A stretch of DNA of 64,000 nt from Mobula hypostoma (taxonomy: Eukaryota): contig NC_086097.1 of NCBI RefSeq assembly GCF_963921235.1, forward strand, positions 243,228,001-243,292,000. The letters run 5' to 3'. The notes under the pieces were generated by a model. That model was not told the origin of the DNA, did no database searches, and saw only the letters and a program-made list of their open reading frames with translations. Of the stretch, positions 27,043-40,269 are shown one piece after another. Each line of letters opens with the position of its first letter. Position 1 is the stretch's first letter. The position numbers and the translations under genes are program-made.

Positions 27043-28090
27043 CGTAAACACAAAATACTCTGCAGATTCTGGGGTCAAAGCAACACTCACAACACACTGG
27101 AGGAACACAGCAGGTCGGGCAGCATCCATGGAAATGATCAGTCAACATTTCGGGCTGGAACCCTTCGTCAGGACTGAAGAGTGAAGGGGCAGAGGCCCTA
27201 TAAAGAAGATGGGGGGAGGGTGGGAAGGAGAAGGCTGGTAGGTTCCAGGTGAAAAACCAGTAAGGGGAAAGATAAAGGGGTGGGGGAGGGGAAGCAGGGA
27301 GGGGATAGGCAGGAAAGGTGAAGAAGGAATAGGGGAAAACATAATGGGTAGTAGAAGGAGGCGGAACCATGAGGGAGGTGATAGGCAGCTGGGGGAGGGG
27401 GCAGAGTAAAACTGGGATGGGGGAAGGGAGGGGAAGGGAATTACCAGAAGTTGGAGAATTCTATGTTCATACCAAGGGGCTGGAGACTACCCAGACTGTA
27501 TATGAGGTGTTGCTCCTCCAACCTGAGTTTAGCCTCATCATGGCAGTAGAGGAGGCCATGTATGGACATATCGGAATGGGAATGTGAAGCAGAGTTGAAG
27601 TGGGTGGCTACTGGGAGATCCTGTCTATTGTGGCGGACGGAGTGGAGGTGCTCGACGAAGCGGTCCCCCAATCTGCATCGGGTTTCACCGATGTAGAGGA
27701 GGCCGCACCGGGAGCACCGGATGCAATAGATGACCCCAACAACTCACAAGTGAAGTGTTGCCTCACCTGGAAGGACTGTTTGGGGCCCTGAATGGTGGCA
27801 AGAGAGGAGGTGTAGGGGCAGGTGTAGCACTTACGCTTACAGGGATAAGTGCCAAGTGGGAGATCTGTGGGGAGGGATGTGTAGACCAGGGAGTCGCAGA
27901 GGGAACGATCCCTTTGGAAAGCAGAGAGGGGTGGAGAGGAAAAGATGTGCTTAGTGGTGGGGTCCTGTTGAAGGTGGCAGAAGTTGCAGAGGATAATGTG
28001 CTGGATCTGGAGGCTGGTGGGGTGGTAGGTGAGGACAAGGGGAACTCTGTCCCTGTTGTGGTGACAGGAGGATGGGGTGAGGGCCAAGGG
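27043..28090 (-). mobile_element. Penelope-like element (Neptune type) 3' portion with pLTR
   Basis: RVPLVLTYHP, Cys linker GTYPCKRKCYTCPY, frameshifted GIY-YIG domain (GDRFVEH...VATHFN...LGSLQPLGMN), then a purine/pyrimidine tract and pLTR. Confidence 0.9.
27139..27176 (-). ncRNA. Minimal hammerhead ribozyme motif in Penelope pLTR (CpG-decayed)
   Basis: Minus strand CAGTC-CTGACGA-A-GGGTTCCAGCCC-GAAA-TGTT-GACTG; stem I CAGTC/GACTG. Confidence 0.65.
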
Positions 28091-28434
28091 TTTCAGATCA
28101 TAACTGCAGGCATGCGGTATTTTGTCCATTAACATTGATTCTGAATATCTCATCAACAAATGGAAGAAATTCCCTGTTGATATAGGTATTTGAATAAATG
28201 GTCGAAAGGATGCTTTTTCAGTCAACAGTTCCTGATATTTAGTTATGAAAAACACCTGTGTATTGCATGCAATTCCTGAGGAAACTCCACCAAACCAAAC
28301 AGTAATGACTGATGCCAGTGTAGAGTTGCACCAGGATGTTCTGGGGAAGGTAGAGTTTTATCACCTGCTGCAAGAATTACATCCTCTGCTGAGCCTTTTT
28401 GTTAATGAAGGAGATATGGTTCTTCCACATGAGA

Positions 28435-29700
28435 CCGTAAGATATAGGAGCAGAATTAGGCCATTTGGCCCATCGTGTCTGCTCCATGATTTCATCATGG
28501 CTGATCCAATTTTCCTCTCAGCCCCAATCTCCTGCCTTTTCCCTGTATCCCCTCAGACCCTGACCAATCAGAACCTATCAACCTCTGTCTTAAATATACA
28601 TAAAGACTTAGCCTCCACAGCTGCCTGTGGCAAAGAATTCCACAGATTCACCACTCTCTGGCTAAAGAAATTCCTCCTCATCTCCGTTCTAAAATGACAC
28701 CCCTCTGTTCTGAGGATGTGTCCTCTGGTCTGAGACTTTCCCACCATAGGAAACATCCTCTCCACACCCGCCCTATCAATGCGTTTCACCATTCGATAGA
28801 TTTCAATGAGGTTATCCTTCATTCTTCTGAATCATCAAACGCTCTTTATATGTCAAACTATTCAGTCTTGCAATTATTTTCATGAACCTCCTTTAAACCT
28901 TCTCCAGTTTCAGCACATCTCTTCTAAAATAAAAGGCCTAAACCTGCTCACAATGCTTCAAGTGAGGCCTCATCAGTGCTTTACAAAGTTTCAATATTAC
29001 ATCTTTGCATTCATATTCTAGTCCTGTTGAAAAGAATGCTAACATTTCATTTGCCTTTCTCACCATAGAGTCAACCTACAAATTAACCTTTCAAGAATCC
29101 TGCACAAGGACTTTCAAGTCCCTTTGCATCTCAGTTTTTTTTGTATTTTCTCTCCATTTAGAAAATAGTCAAACCTTTCATTTCTTCTACTAAAGTGCAT
29201 GACCATACACATCCCATCACTGTATACCATCTGCTATTTCTTTGCCCATTCTCCTAATCTGTCCAAGTCCTTCTGTAGCCTCTCTACTTCCTCAAAACTG
29301 TCTGCCCCTCTACCCATCTTCATATCGTCTGCAAAATTTGCAACAAAGCTATCAATTCCATCATCCAAATTATTGACATATAATGTAAAAAGAATCAGTC
29401 CCAACACAGATCCCTGAGGAACACCACTAGTCACTGGCGGCCAACCAGAAAAGGCTCCCTTTATTCCCACTCTTTGCCTCCTGCCAAACAGTCACTGCTT
29501 AGAAACATAGAAAAGCTACAGCACAATACAGGCCCTTTGTCCCACAAAGCTGCTTTACCCATGCTAGAATCTTCCCTGTAATACCATGGGCTCGTAGCTT
29601 GTTAAGCGGCCTCATGTGCTTCTGAAAATCCAAGTACACAGCATCAATTGATTCTCACTTGGCTATCCTGCTTGTTTTTAATTCAAAGAATTCCAACAGA
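28435..29700 (-). mobile_element. Old CR1 LINE fragment
   Basis: ORFs 28568..28822 and 29234..29470 (GVPQGSVLG, FADD). Confidence 0.88.
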
Positions 29701-29992
29701 GTCCTGTGAAATAATGATGCCCAGGAACCTGAATGTTCTATGTTCAAAGTAAATTGAAAGGGGGATATGAGGGATATGTTTTTACTCACAGAAAGGTGGA
29801 TGCCTGCTCTGGTGGTAGAGGCAAATGCGTTACAGGAAAATGGAGGGATATGAACATTGTGTAGTTAGGAAGGGTTAACTTTTGGGTGTTTTTGATTTAC
29901 TTTTTAGCTGAACAGCACAATATTGTGAGCTGACAGGCTGCCTGTGCTTTCCTGTTCTATGTTCTATTATCAAAGTACATATACAGTGCCTA

Positions 29993-30717
29993 CACTTCTC
30001 TGTGGATTGTCACCTTGTCGCGGTGGAGAAGCTCGTGTGGTCCTGTGATCCCGAGAGCAATGCCATCTGGAGCTATGCTCCTGGTGGGTCACCCATGGTG
30101 GTAAGGTCGAGGGTGAGGTCCCTGACAAAGAACAATCCAACCAAGACCTCAACGGTGGAACAGGCGGACGAAGTTACTTCGAACTCAACGGCTGTGAAGG
30201 CAGATGAAGGCTGCAACAAATCCATCAGCTCCCATCGTTGTGGTTTCCATGCCATTGGAATCAGTTGGTTAATTTGTGAAGTATCGTGTGCTTCTTGGAG
30301 TGCAACATCAAGTACACGTTAAACAAATAACAAACGAGGGGAAGCCTTTTAGGACCGAGGTTAGGAAAAACTTCTTCACACAGAGAGTGGTGAATCTGTG
30401 GAATTCTCTGCCACAGCAAACTGTTGAGGCCAGTTCATTAGCTATGTTTAAAAGGAAGTTAGATATGGCCCTTGTGGCTACAGGGGTCAGGGGTATGGAG
30501 GGAAGGCTGGGTTCTGAGTTGGATGATCAGCCATGATCATAATAAATGGCGGTGCAGGCTCGAAGGGCCGAATGGCCTACTCCTGCACCTATTTTCTATG
30601 TTTCTATGTTTCTATGTTTCTAAATACACGCACAGGCGTCTTCGCTCTGCGGGCCACTTCTTCAGAACAAAGACCATCATCCTCGACCTTGAGGGATAGC
30701 CACGACGACGACAACAG
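29993..30717 (+). mobile_element. RTE-like non-autonomous element inserted in the Tc1 terminus
   Basis: TSD CAGTGCCTA at 29984-29992 and 30718-30726; (GAC)n tail; 5' part resembles Expander/Rex3-type UTRs (from memory, not aligned). Confidence 0.7.
30335..30620 (+). mobile_element. Young CR1 3' end fragment
   Basis: Nearly identical to 50607-50892, including the (TTTCTATG)n tail. Confidence 0.93.
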
Positions 30718-30789
30718 CAGTGCCTATAAAAAGTATTCACAACATTGAATCATAGTGGATTTAATTTGTTTTCTTTTTAAAACTGATCA

Positions 30790-31170
30790 ACAGAACATAA
30801 GAACTTAAGAAATAGGAGCAGGAGTAGGCCATCTGGCCCATTGAGCCTACTCCACCATTCAATAAGATCATGGCTGATCTGGCCATGGACTGATCTCCAC
30901 CTACCTGCCTTTTCCTCATAACCCTTAATTCCCCTACGATGCAAAAATCTATCCAGCCTTGTCTTAAATACACTTACTGAGGTAGCCTCCACTGCTTCAT
31001 TGGGCAGAGAACTCCACAGATTCACCACCCTCTGGGAAAAACAGATCCTCCTCATCTCCGTCCTAAATCTACTCCCCCGAATCTTGAGGCTATGTCCCCT
31101 AGTTCTAGTCTGTAGTGAAAACAACTTTCCTGCCTCTATCTTATTTAACACTTTCATAATTTTATATGCT
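30790..31170 (-). mobile_element. CR1 3' fragment inside the Tc1 TIR
   Basis: ORF 30777..31157 RTRGHSLKIRG...FSQRVVNLW; CR1 3' UTR. Confidence 0.85.
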
Positions 31171-31205
31171 TCAAAGAGTCCTTCATTTCAAAGTGAAAAC
31201 AGATC

Positions 31206-31641
31206 TGTCACAGCGACGAATTCGGCAGCGCAGCAAATACGCCAATTGCGCTCGTGAATATTCATGTGGCAGCTAATTATTGTTTATTGTGGTGATATTT
31301 AACTCCATTCTTTTTATTGTAGTGCTTTCTGAGACTTGAGCAAAGCACAGTGATGGTTCACTCCCTGCTGGCATTTGGTTTGCTGCCTGCTTGCCTGAGA
31401 AATTGGTCTGTCGCGTCCACTGACTCTGAAGACTAGTGATATTCGTTTTATATTTAGTTATTCCTTTCAGGCGCAATGTTAGTTTCATCTTCCATTTGAG
31501 AGTTTTAGTTAACAGACCTGTTTGGCTGAGCATTTATTGTTTTCTTTTCCCTCTAACTCGTTTGGCATTAAAGTCTGTGAACTATCGACCTACTTTAGTG
31601 TCTCTTGCTCCACATCTGGACAAATTTCGAATGCAGCGACA
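31206..31641 (+). mobile_element. Solo LTR (436 bp)
   Basis: TGTCAC...GCGACA termini; 5-bp TSD AGATC at 31201-31205 and 31642-31646; Tc1 TIR sequence is continuous across it; ATTAAA at ~31567. Confidence 0.8.
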
Positions 31642-32691
31642 AGATCTCTACAAAGTGATCTAAATTAATCACAAATATAAAACACAAAATAGTTGATTGC
31701 ATAAGGATTCACCCCTTTCAAATCAATAATCAGTAGATGCATCTTTGGCAGGAAATATAGCCTGATTCTGTGTGGATAAGTCTCTATCAGCTTTGCACAT
31801 CTGAACACTGCAATTTTTCCCCAATCTTCTTTACAAAACTGCTCAAGCTCTATCAGATTACATGGGGATCGTGAGTGAACAGCCCTTTTCAAGTCCAGCC
31901 ACGAATTCTCAGTTGGACTGATGTCTAGACTCTGACTTGGCCACCCCAGGACATTAACCTTTTTGTTCTTAAGTAATTCCTGTGCAATTTTCGCTTTCTG
32001 CTTGGAGTCATTGTCTTGCTGGAAAACAAGTTTTCTCCCAAGTCACAGTTCTATTGCAGACTGCGTCAGGTTTTCCTCTAGCATTTCCCTGCATTTTGCT
32101 GCATTCATTTTACCCTCTACCTTCACAAGCCTTCCAGGGCCTGCTGCAGTGAAACATCCCCACAGCATGATGCAGCCACCACCATGCTTCATGCTAGGAA
32201 AGGTGTGTTTTTGAAGATGTTCAGTGTTCGGCTTACACCAAACAGCGTTTAGTCTGATGGCCAAAAAACTCTATTTTGGTTTCATGATATCATACAACCT
32301 TCCCCAGCAGACTTCAGAGTCTCCCACATGTGTTCCGGCGAACTCTAGCCAAGACTTCATGTGCGTTTTTTCCAACAGTGACTTTCTCTTTGCCACTCAC
32401 CCATAAAGCTGTGACTGGTGAAGCAACTGGGCAACAATTGTTGTATGCACAATCTCTCCCATCTCAGCCACTGAAGCTTGTAACTCCTCCAGAGGTGTCA
32501 TAGGTCTCTTGGTGGCCTCCTGCACTCATCCCCTTTTTGCAAGTTCAGTTTTTGAGGACCACCTGTTCTAGGCAGATTTACAGCTGCCAATTCTTTCCAT
32601 TTCTTGATGATTGACTTAATTGTACTCCAAGGGATATTGAGTTACTGGGAATTTTTTTTTTGTATCCATTTCCTGACCTGTGCATTTCAAT

Positions 32692-34140
32692 AAACATAGA
32701 AACATAGAAACATAGAAAATAGGTGCAGGAGTAGGCCATTCGGCCCTTCGAGCCTGCACCGCCATTCAGTATGATCATGGCTGATCATCCAACTCAGAAC
32801 CCTGCACCAGCCTTCCCTCCATACCCCCTGACCCCCGTAGCCACAAGGGCCATATCTAACTCCCTCTTAAATATAGCCAATGAACTGGCCTCAACTGTTT
32901 CCTGTGGCAGAGAATTCCACAGATTCACCACTCTCTGTGTGAAGAAGTTTTTCCTAACCTCAGTCCTAAAAGGCTTCCCCTTTATCCTCAAACTGTGGCC
33001 CCTCGTTCTGGACTTCCCCAACATCGGGAACAATCTTCCTGCATCTAGCCTGTCCAATCCCTTTAGGATTTTATATGTTTCAATCAGAACCTCCCTCAAT
33101 CTTCTAAATTCCAACGAGTATAAGCCTAATTCATCCAGTCTTTCATCATATGAAAGTCCTGCCATCCCAGGAATCAATCTGGTGAACCTTCTTTGTACTC
33201 CCTCTATGGCAAGGATGTCTTTCCTCAGGTTAGGGGACCAAAACTGCACACAATACTCCAGGTGTGGCCTCACCAAGGCCTTGTACAACTGCAGTAGTAC
33301 CTCCCTGCTCCTGTACTCGAATCCTCTTGCTATAAATGCCAGCATACCATTCACCTTTTTCACCGCCTGCTGTACCTGCATGCCCACTTTCAATGACTGG
33401 TGTATAATGACACCCAGGTCTCATTGCACCTCCCCTTTTCCTAATCGGCCACCATTCAGATAATAATCTGTTTTCCTGTTTTTGCCAGCAAAGTGGATAA
33501 CTTCACATTTATCCACATTAAATTTCATCTGCTATGAATTTGCCCACTCACCTAACCTATCCAAGTCACCCTGCATCCTCTTAGCATCCTCCTCACAGCT
33601 AACACTGCCGCCCAGCTTCGTGTCATCCGCAAACTTGGAGATGCTGCATTTAATTCCCTCATCCAAGTCATTAATATATATTGTAAACAACTGGGGTCAC
33701 AGCACTGAGCCTTGCGGTACCCCACTAGTCACTGCCTGCCATTCTGAAAAGGTCCCGTTTATTCCCATTCTTTGCTTCCTGTCTGTCAACCAATTCTCTA
33801 TCCACATCAATACCTTACCCCCAATACCGTGTGCTTTAAGTTTGCATACTAAACTCCTGTATGGGACCTTGTCAAAAGTCTTTTGAAAATCCAAATATAC
33901 CACATCCACTGGTTCTCCCCTATCCACTCTACTAATTACATCCTCAAAAAATTCTATGAGATTTGTCAGTCATGATTTTCCTTTCACAAATCCATGCTGA
34001 CTTTGTCCGATGATTTCACCGCTTTCCAAATGTGCAGTTATCACATCTTTGATAACTGACTCTAGCAGTTTCCCCACCACCGATGTTAGGCTAACCGGTC
34101 TATAATTCCCCGGTTTCTCTCTCCCTCCTTTTTTAAAAAG
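32692..34140 (-). mobile_element. Young CR1 LINE, 5'-truncated, inserted in Tc1 transposase
   Basis: ORFs 32794..33393 and 33697..33927 near-identical to 48234..50789; (CATAGAAA)n at the left end. Confidence 0.95.
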
Positions 34141-36049
34141 TTTTAAACTTTTTTGTGGAGTTGCTTGGAGTGTTCTTTTGTCTTCACGATGTAGTTTTTA
34201 CCAGGATACTGACTCACCAGCAGTTGGACCTTCCAGATACAGGTTTATTTTTACTACAATCAATTGAAACACCTTGACTGCACACAGGACTCCAAAAAAA
34301 AAATTGCCATTTAACTAATGATGTGACTTCTAAAACCAATTGGCTGCACCAATGATGATTTGGTGTGTCATATTAAAGGGGAAGGGTGAATATTTATGTC
34401 ATCAATTATTTTGTATTTTTATTTTTAACTAATTTAGATCACTTTGTAGAGATCTGTTTTCACTTTGACACAAAAGAGTCTTTTTCTGTAGATCAGTGTC
34501 AAAAAAGCCAAATAAATCCATTGTGATTCAATGTTGTAAAACAATAAAAAATAAAAACTTCTGGGGGGGGGTGAATACCTTTTATAGGCATTGTAATTTA
34601 GTCATCCATTCTAGTTAGCCTCCCCCTCCAACTTCCCTCTACGTAATATTCCCTGTTCTGCACTGCACTGTAAACACGTAAAACCATTTTTTATAATACT
34701 GTTCATGTTGTAAAACATGCTATTATATATGTATTTATGGATATTTTAATCACTATCTATTCTTTAATCCCTAACTTAATATTTTATATAATTCTTTACT
34801 CTTTATAGTTGTCAATATGTTCATGCCACACCAACACACCCCAACAAATTCTTAATACATGTACCCTGGCGAACAAAGTTGATTCTTGATTCTTGATCAG
34901 AAATGACATGAAATTTGTTGTTTTGGGCAGCAGTACAGTATGAAGTTATAAATTTACTATAAATTTTTAAATAAATTAGCAATGCAATTTTCAATGAGTA
35001 ATAACATAGTAAATGAATAATATCCAAAGGAATTCATACTCTTACAATAAGTCACTATTTGAATCTCTGAGAAAAGTCGTTACTATTGTAATTATTTACT
35101 CAACTTGTTGCAAGGCAACACAATAATGACAGGCTTCTGCTCATTTTTTAATTAGTCCCTGATGCTACTTACTATAGAAAATGGACTTTTTATGACTTCA
35201 TGATGCACTCCCTATATTAGATTCGGACTGTCTACTCTGAATGAAGAATATGCAATGAATCAGTAAACATTCTCACATTTACAGTTCATGGCCAAAGGGA
35301 GTCATATCCTTTCACAAAACATCCATTTTGATGAGTGACTCTCCAAAACACTTACAGTAGATATCTGTCTTTGATTAAGAGAGGCAAGGAACTAGAGATT
35401 CACAGTTAAAGAACACAAGGTGCTGGAAATCCAAAGTAACACAACGCACACAAGATGCTAGAGTAATTCAGTAGGTCAGGCTGCATCTCAAAGTTCAAAG
35501 TAAAATTTATTATCAGAGTACAGACATGACACCACATACAACTCTGAGATTATTTTTCCTGCAGGCATACTCAGAAAATCTATAGAATTGTAATTGTAAA
35601 CAGGAGCAATGAAAGAGCAAAAGCAGGGAAAACAGCAAACTATGCAAATGTAAATATAAACAACTAGCAATAAATAGCAAGAGCATGAAGTAACAAGATT
35701 AAGAGTCCTTAAAGTGAGATTATTGGTTGTGGTAACATCTCAATAGATAGTATAATTATCCTCTTTTGTTCAAGAGCCTGATAGTTGAGGGGTAGTAATG
35801 GTTCTTGAAGCTGGTGGTGCACGTCGTGAGGTACTTGTACCTTTTGCCTGATGGCAGTGGTGAGAAAAGAGCATGGACTGGGTGGTGAGGACCTTTGATG
35901 ATTGATGCTGCTTTTTTATGGCAGCATGACATGTAGATGTGCTCAGTGGTTGAGAGGGTTTTACCCGTGATGTTCTGGGCCAAACCCACTAACTTTGTAG
36001 GATATTTCGTTCAGAGGCATTGGTGTGAGGCCATGAGGTTGTAGAGTCA

Positions 36050-38150
36050 CAGAGTCATTGAAAAGTACAGCACAGAAATAGGCCTTTGGCCCATCCGGTC
36101 TGTGCCTTACCATGCAAACTACTCCCATCGACCTGCACCTGGACTATAGCCCTCCATACTCCTATCCAAATTTCACTTAAACATTGAAATTCAGCTTCTA
36201 TGCACCACTTACACTGGCAGCTCATTCCACATTCTCACAACCCTCTGGGTGAAGAAGTTTCCCTCATGCTCCCCTTAAACTTTTCACCTTTCACCCTTAA
36301 TCCTTGACCTCAAGTTGTAGTCCCACCAAACCTCAGTGGAAAAAGCCTGCTTGCATTTACCCTATCTATGCCCCTCATAATTTTGTATACCTTCATCAAA
36401 TCTCCGCTCAATCTTCTACAAGGAATAAAGTCTTAACCTATTCAATCTTTCTTTATAACTCAGGTCCTCCGGTCCAAGCAACATCCTTGCAAATTTTCTC
36501 TGTACTATTTCAAACTTAGTTGCATATTTCCTTTAGGTAGGTGAACAAAACTGGACACAATGCTCCAAATTAGGCATCACCAATATCTTATACTATTTCA
36601 ACATAACATCCAATTTCCTTTATTTTAGTTTATGAAGACCAATGCACCAAAGGCTTTCTTTACAACCCTATCTACCTGTGCCAGCACTTTCAATGAATTA
36701 TGGACCTGTATTTCCAGATCCCTTTGTTCTACCAGACTCCTCAGTACCCAACCTTTCACTGTGTAAGATCTGCACCGAATGGTCCTACCAAAGTGCAGCA
36801 CCTCACACTTGTCTGCATTAAATTTCATCTGCCGTCTTTCAGTTCATTTTTCCATGTAGATAACATCCACTGCCTTGCCTTCATTAACTTTCCTGGTAAC
36901 TTCCTCAAAAAACTGTCTAAGATTGGTTAGACATGACATACCACACACAAAACCATGCTAACTACCCCTAAGCGTCCATTTCTATCCAAATACTCATATA
37001 TCTGGCCCCTTAGAAAATCTTACAATAACTGGTATCAGACCCACCAGTCTATAATTTCCTAGTTTATGTTTAGAAGCTTTCTGAACCAGCAGAACATTGA
37101 CTATTCTCCAGTCCTCCAGTACCATACCTGTTGCTGTTTTACATATCCCTGTTAGGGCCTTAACAATTTCTGCACTTGCCTCCCACAGGGTCTGAGGGAA
37201 CATCTTGTTAGTCTGTACGGATTTATCCAAATTTGCCTCAATACAGCAAACACTTGCTCCTCTGTAATCTGTATAGGGCCCATGACCTTGCTGCTGCCTA
37301 CCCTCACTTCCATAGACTCTGTGTCCATCTCCTGAGTAAATACAGAGGTAAAATTCCATTTAAGATCTTTCCCATCTCTTTTGGCTCCACACATAGATTA
37401 CCATTCTGATCTTCCAGAGGACCAATTTTGTCCCTTGCATTCCTTTTGCTCTTAACGTATCTGTAGAATCCCTTAGGATTCTCCTTCACCTTGTCTGCTA
37501 GGGCAACCTCATACAAGCCTTGCATACTCAAAATTTCACTTTTGAAGGTCTCCCTCTTACCAAGTACATCTTTTACAGATCCTGTCTGATACCATCAAAA
37601 TTACCCTTTCTCCAGTTTAGACTCTCAACCTACGGATCAGACCTATTTTTTTCCATATTTACTTTGAAACTAATGTCATAATTATCACTAGATGCAAAGT
37701 GTTCCCCTACACAAATTTCTGTTGCCTGCCCTGTCTCATTCCCCAATAGGAGACCAAGTATCACACACTTTCTGGTTGGGCTTTCTATGTACTGATGAAG
37801 GAAACTTTCCTGAACACAGTTGACAAACTCTATCCCATTTATTTCACATTTGACAGTAATGGCATCCCAGTCAGTATGTGGAAAGTTAAGATCACCCACT
37901 ATAACTGCCTTATGTTTTTTGCAGCAGCCTGCAATCTCTCCAGAAACTTGTCCCTCTAAATCCTACAGCCTGTTGAGCGGTCTGTAATAGAGCCCCATTA
38001 ACATGGTCATACCTTTCCTATTACTCAGTTGCACCCATAGCACCTCACTAGTCAAGTTCTCCAGTCTGTCCTGCTGGAACGCTGCCGTGACATTTTCCCC
38101 GACTAGTAACGCCATCCCTCCTCCTTTAATCCCTCCCGCTCTGTCACAAC
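36050..38150 (-). mobile_element. Old CR1 LINE with internal deletions (EN to 3' end)
   Basis: ORFs 37963..38220 and 37630..37899 (EN: GDLNFP), 37304..37531, 36625..36828. Confidence 0.85.
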
Positions 38151-38949
38151 GATGACAGGAAACCTGTGCGGGAGAGTTTTTAAAGTGGAAAAGCCATTGC
38201 ATTGGGGCAATTCCAATCACTCGACCTCAGAAGTCCGGGGTCCAGTGGTACAAACAAGCGTCACACACTGGGGTTGCAGTGGATGGCCATGACATCTGTT
38301 GTGCCCTTTCATGCCCTTTCCTCTCCATGGAGTGTTGCAGGACAGCCTTCCTGGCCGTTGGATCTCACTGTAGATCTCATCCGCCCAGTCCGCTGGAGCT
38401 TGCCTTGCGTGCTAGGACAGGCATATGCTACCTCACCGGGATATGAGGCTGCCAGCTACCCTCACCAGGGTGTACCGAGGTGTGGCTGCAGTTGCATTCT
38501 AACAGCTACATGAAGCCACAGGTGAGAGCTGAGTGTCTGGTGGGGACCAAAGGTGAGTGAGCTGCTCTGGAAAGGACACGACAAGTCCCTTCACAAGAGA
38601 GGCTACCCCTCCCTGGGCATCCTGTACACTCTACCTCTATTAGCTTTTCTTAATTATATATAATTTAATTTTTATCAATGATTCTTTAAATTGTTGAATG
38701 TTGTTGGTTTTTGCTGTATGCTGCAACACACCATAGCAAATTTATATTACATGTATGTTGTGAATAAAGTTGATCCCTCAGCCTTGCAAAAGTAAAATGA
38801 ATTGTAAAGCTGAGATGTTGAATGTTAAGGCCAGTGGGATTGAAGGTAAGGAGCAGGATAAAATGTCTTGAAACTCCAGAAACCATACAGGAGGAGAGGT
38901 ACATGTGCTGAGTTTTTTCTTCTTTCAGTGAGCTGCTCAAGTATGATGC

Positions 38950-39370
38950 CCCCCTGAAGAGGACCATAACCTTGTTGTGTTTTTGAGGCTTGCATGCCTC
39001 AATATCCCGGAGAGCTATTTTGGCTGAAGTCAGGGCATTAGGCTTTGGTTGTTGGTGAGGTCACCTATGCCAAACAGGTCAAAGGGTAGAGGCCAGCCTA
39101 AGAGTGGTCTACGAGTCTTCCGGGTTTGGAGTTTCAGCTCAGGGCTGACAACCCTGACTGGTAACACAAAATTGTTATGGAAACAGCGATGAAGAATCCT
39201 TCTGTGTCTGTGCTGATGGTATTCCTGAGTCTCCACCTGGGACTTGCATGACTGACAGTAATGAAAGCTAAGAGGAAGCCTCTGGAATTGTGTGGGAACC
39301 CTGAACAGCACCAGAGATGGAAGACCTTCATTGCTGCCCTAAATACCAGTGACGTAACGGGTAATAGGTC
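38950..39370 (+). mobile_element. RTE/RTE-X-like non-autonomous element
   Basis: 5' UTR-like segment similar in layout to 29993-30150; 3' end agatggaagaccttcattgctgcccta (RWKTFIAAL-like RTE terminus). Confidence 0.5.
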
Positions 39371-39422
39371 ACGTGTGGCCTGGTGATGCAATGGCGTATG
39401 CTATTCACGTGCTTCTTACATA

Positions 39423-39842
39423 CGAGGGGTGATTGATAAGTTTGTGGCCTAAGGTAGAAGGAGTCAACTTTAGAAACCTAGCACATTTATTTTTCAACAT
39501 AGTCCCCTCCTACATTTACACTCTTAGTCCAGCGGTCGTGGAGCATACAGATCTTGGACCTCCAAAAGCGGTGATTGATAAGTTTCTGGCCGAAGGTAGA
39601 AGGTAGGCAGCTCTCATTACATGCACATGCAGTTCAACTCTTTGAGTGATTACGCAGAAAGTTTGAAGTTAATTACTCATCAGCGGTGATTGATATGTTT
39701 GTGGCCTAAGGTAGAAGGAGATGAGTTATTAACTTCAAACTTCCTGCGTAATCACTCAGAGTTGACCTGCATGTGCATGTAACGAGAGCTGTATAACTCA
39801 TCTCCTTCTACCTTAGGCCACAAACTTATCAATCACCCCTCG
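39423..39842. mobile_element. Mariner-type MITE with internal TIR repeats
   Basis: Terminal inverted repeat CGAGGGGTGATTGATAAGTTTGTGGCCTAAGGTAGAAGGAG at both ends, TA on both flanks, no ORF. Confidence 0.9.
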
Positions 39843-40269
39843 TATAATATGTAATGAATAATATGAACAAACAAAAAATGCTTAGTCAAACAGTATATTC
39901 ACAATGCTGTATAAACGTTACATTTCAGCATTTCATGTTGATATAGAAAATTGGATTTACTGTTAACTAAGTTAGACTTATGAATAATCATGCAACACAC
40001 ATCAAAGTTGCTGGTGAATTCCTTGTGTTTACGTTATGAATAATCATGTTACTTTGAAATCAAGACCTAGATTGTTAAGTTATTGGATCTTTCTGTAACC
40101 CATGCTGAGTTTTACTGTTAGTCAAGCTTCTATGTAATCTGGCCCACAAAGAACATAAAAGCTGAACATAATTCACGCTGAGGGAGATCAGCTTTGACTG
40201 GTCGCCTGGTGCTCAACAGTTCTTTAATAAATCACCTGTTATTTTGGTTCTTTAAGGTTGTTACCGCCA

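Larger units (their letters stand above)
29984..34593 (-). mobile_element. Tc1-family transposon with long TIRs, decayed transposase and five nested insertions
   Basis: TA-CAGTGCCTA(TAAAAAGTATTCAC) left end, GTGAATACCTTTTATAGGCATTG-TA right end; transposase peptides [13 protein letters not shown] (32043..32264) and NLIELEQFCKEDW (31665..31892). Confidence 0.9.

Noticed and set aside
32771..33886. Recurrent long ORFs (MIMADHPTQN..., MPPKWITSHL..., also at 16102, 17677, 48071, 49703, 57811, 58522)
   Set aside because: Antisense shadows of CR1 ORF2; recurrence reflects copy identity, not a gene.
38155..38640. Possible RTE-like UTR element on the minus strand
   Set aside because: Resemblance only by impression; no second copy or TSD found to support boundaries.
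39423..39842. Repeat-spacer pattern resembling a CRISPR array
   Set aside because: Eukaryotic context; repeats are TIR copies, the last is inverted and spacers are mutually homologous.
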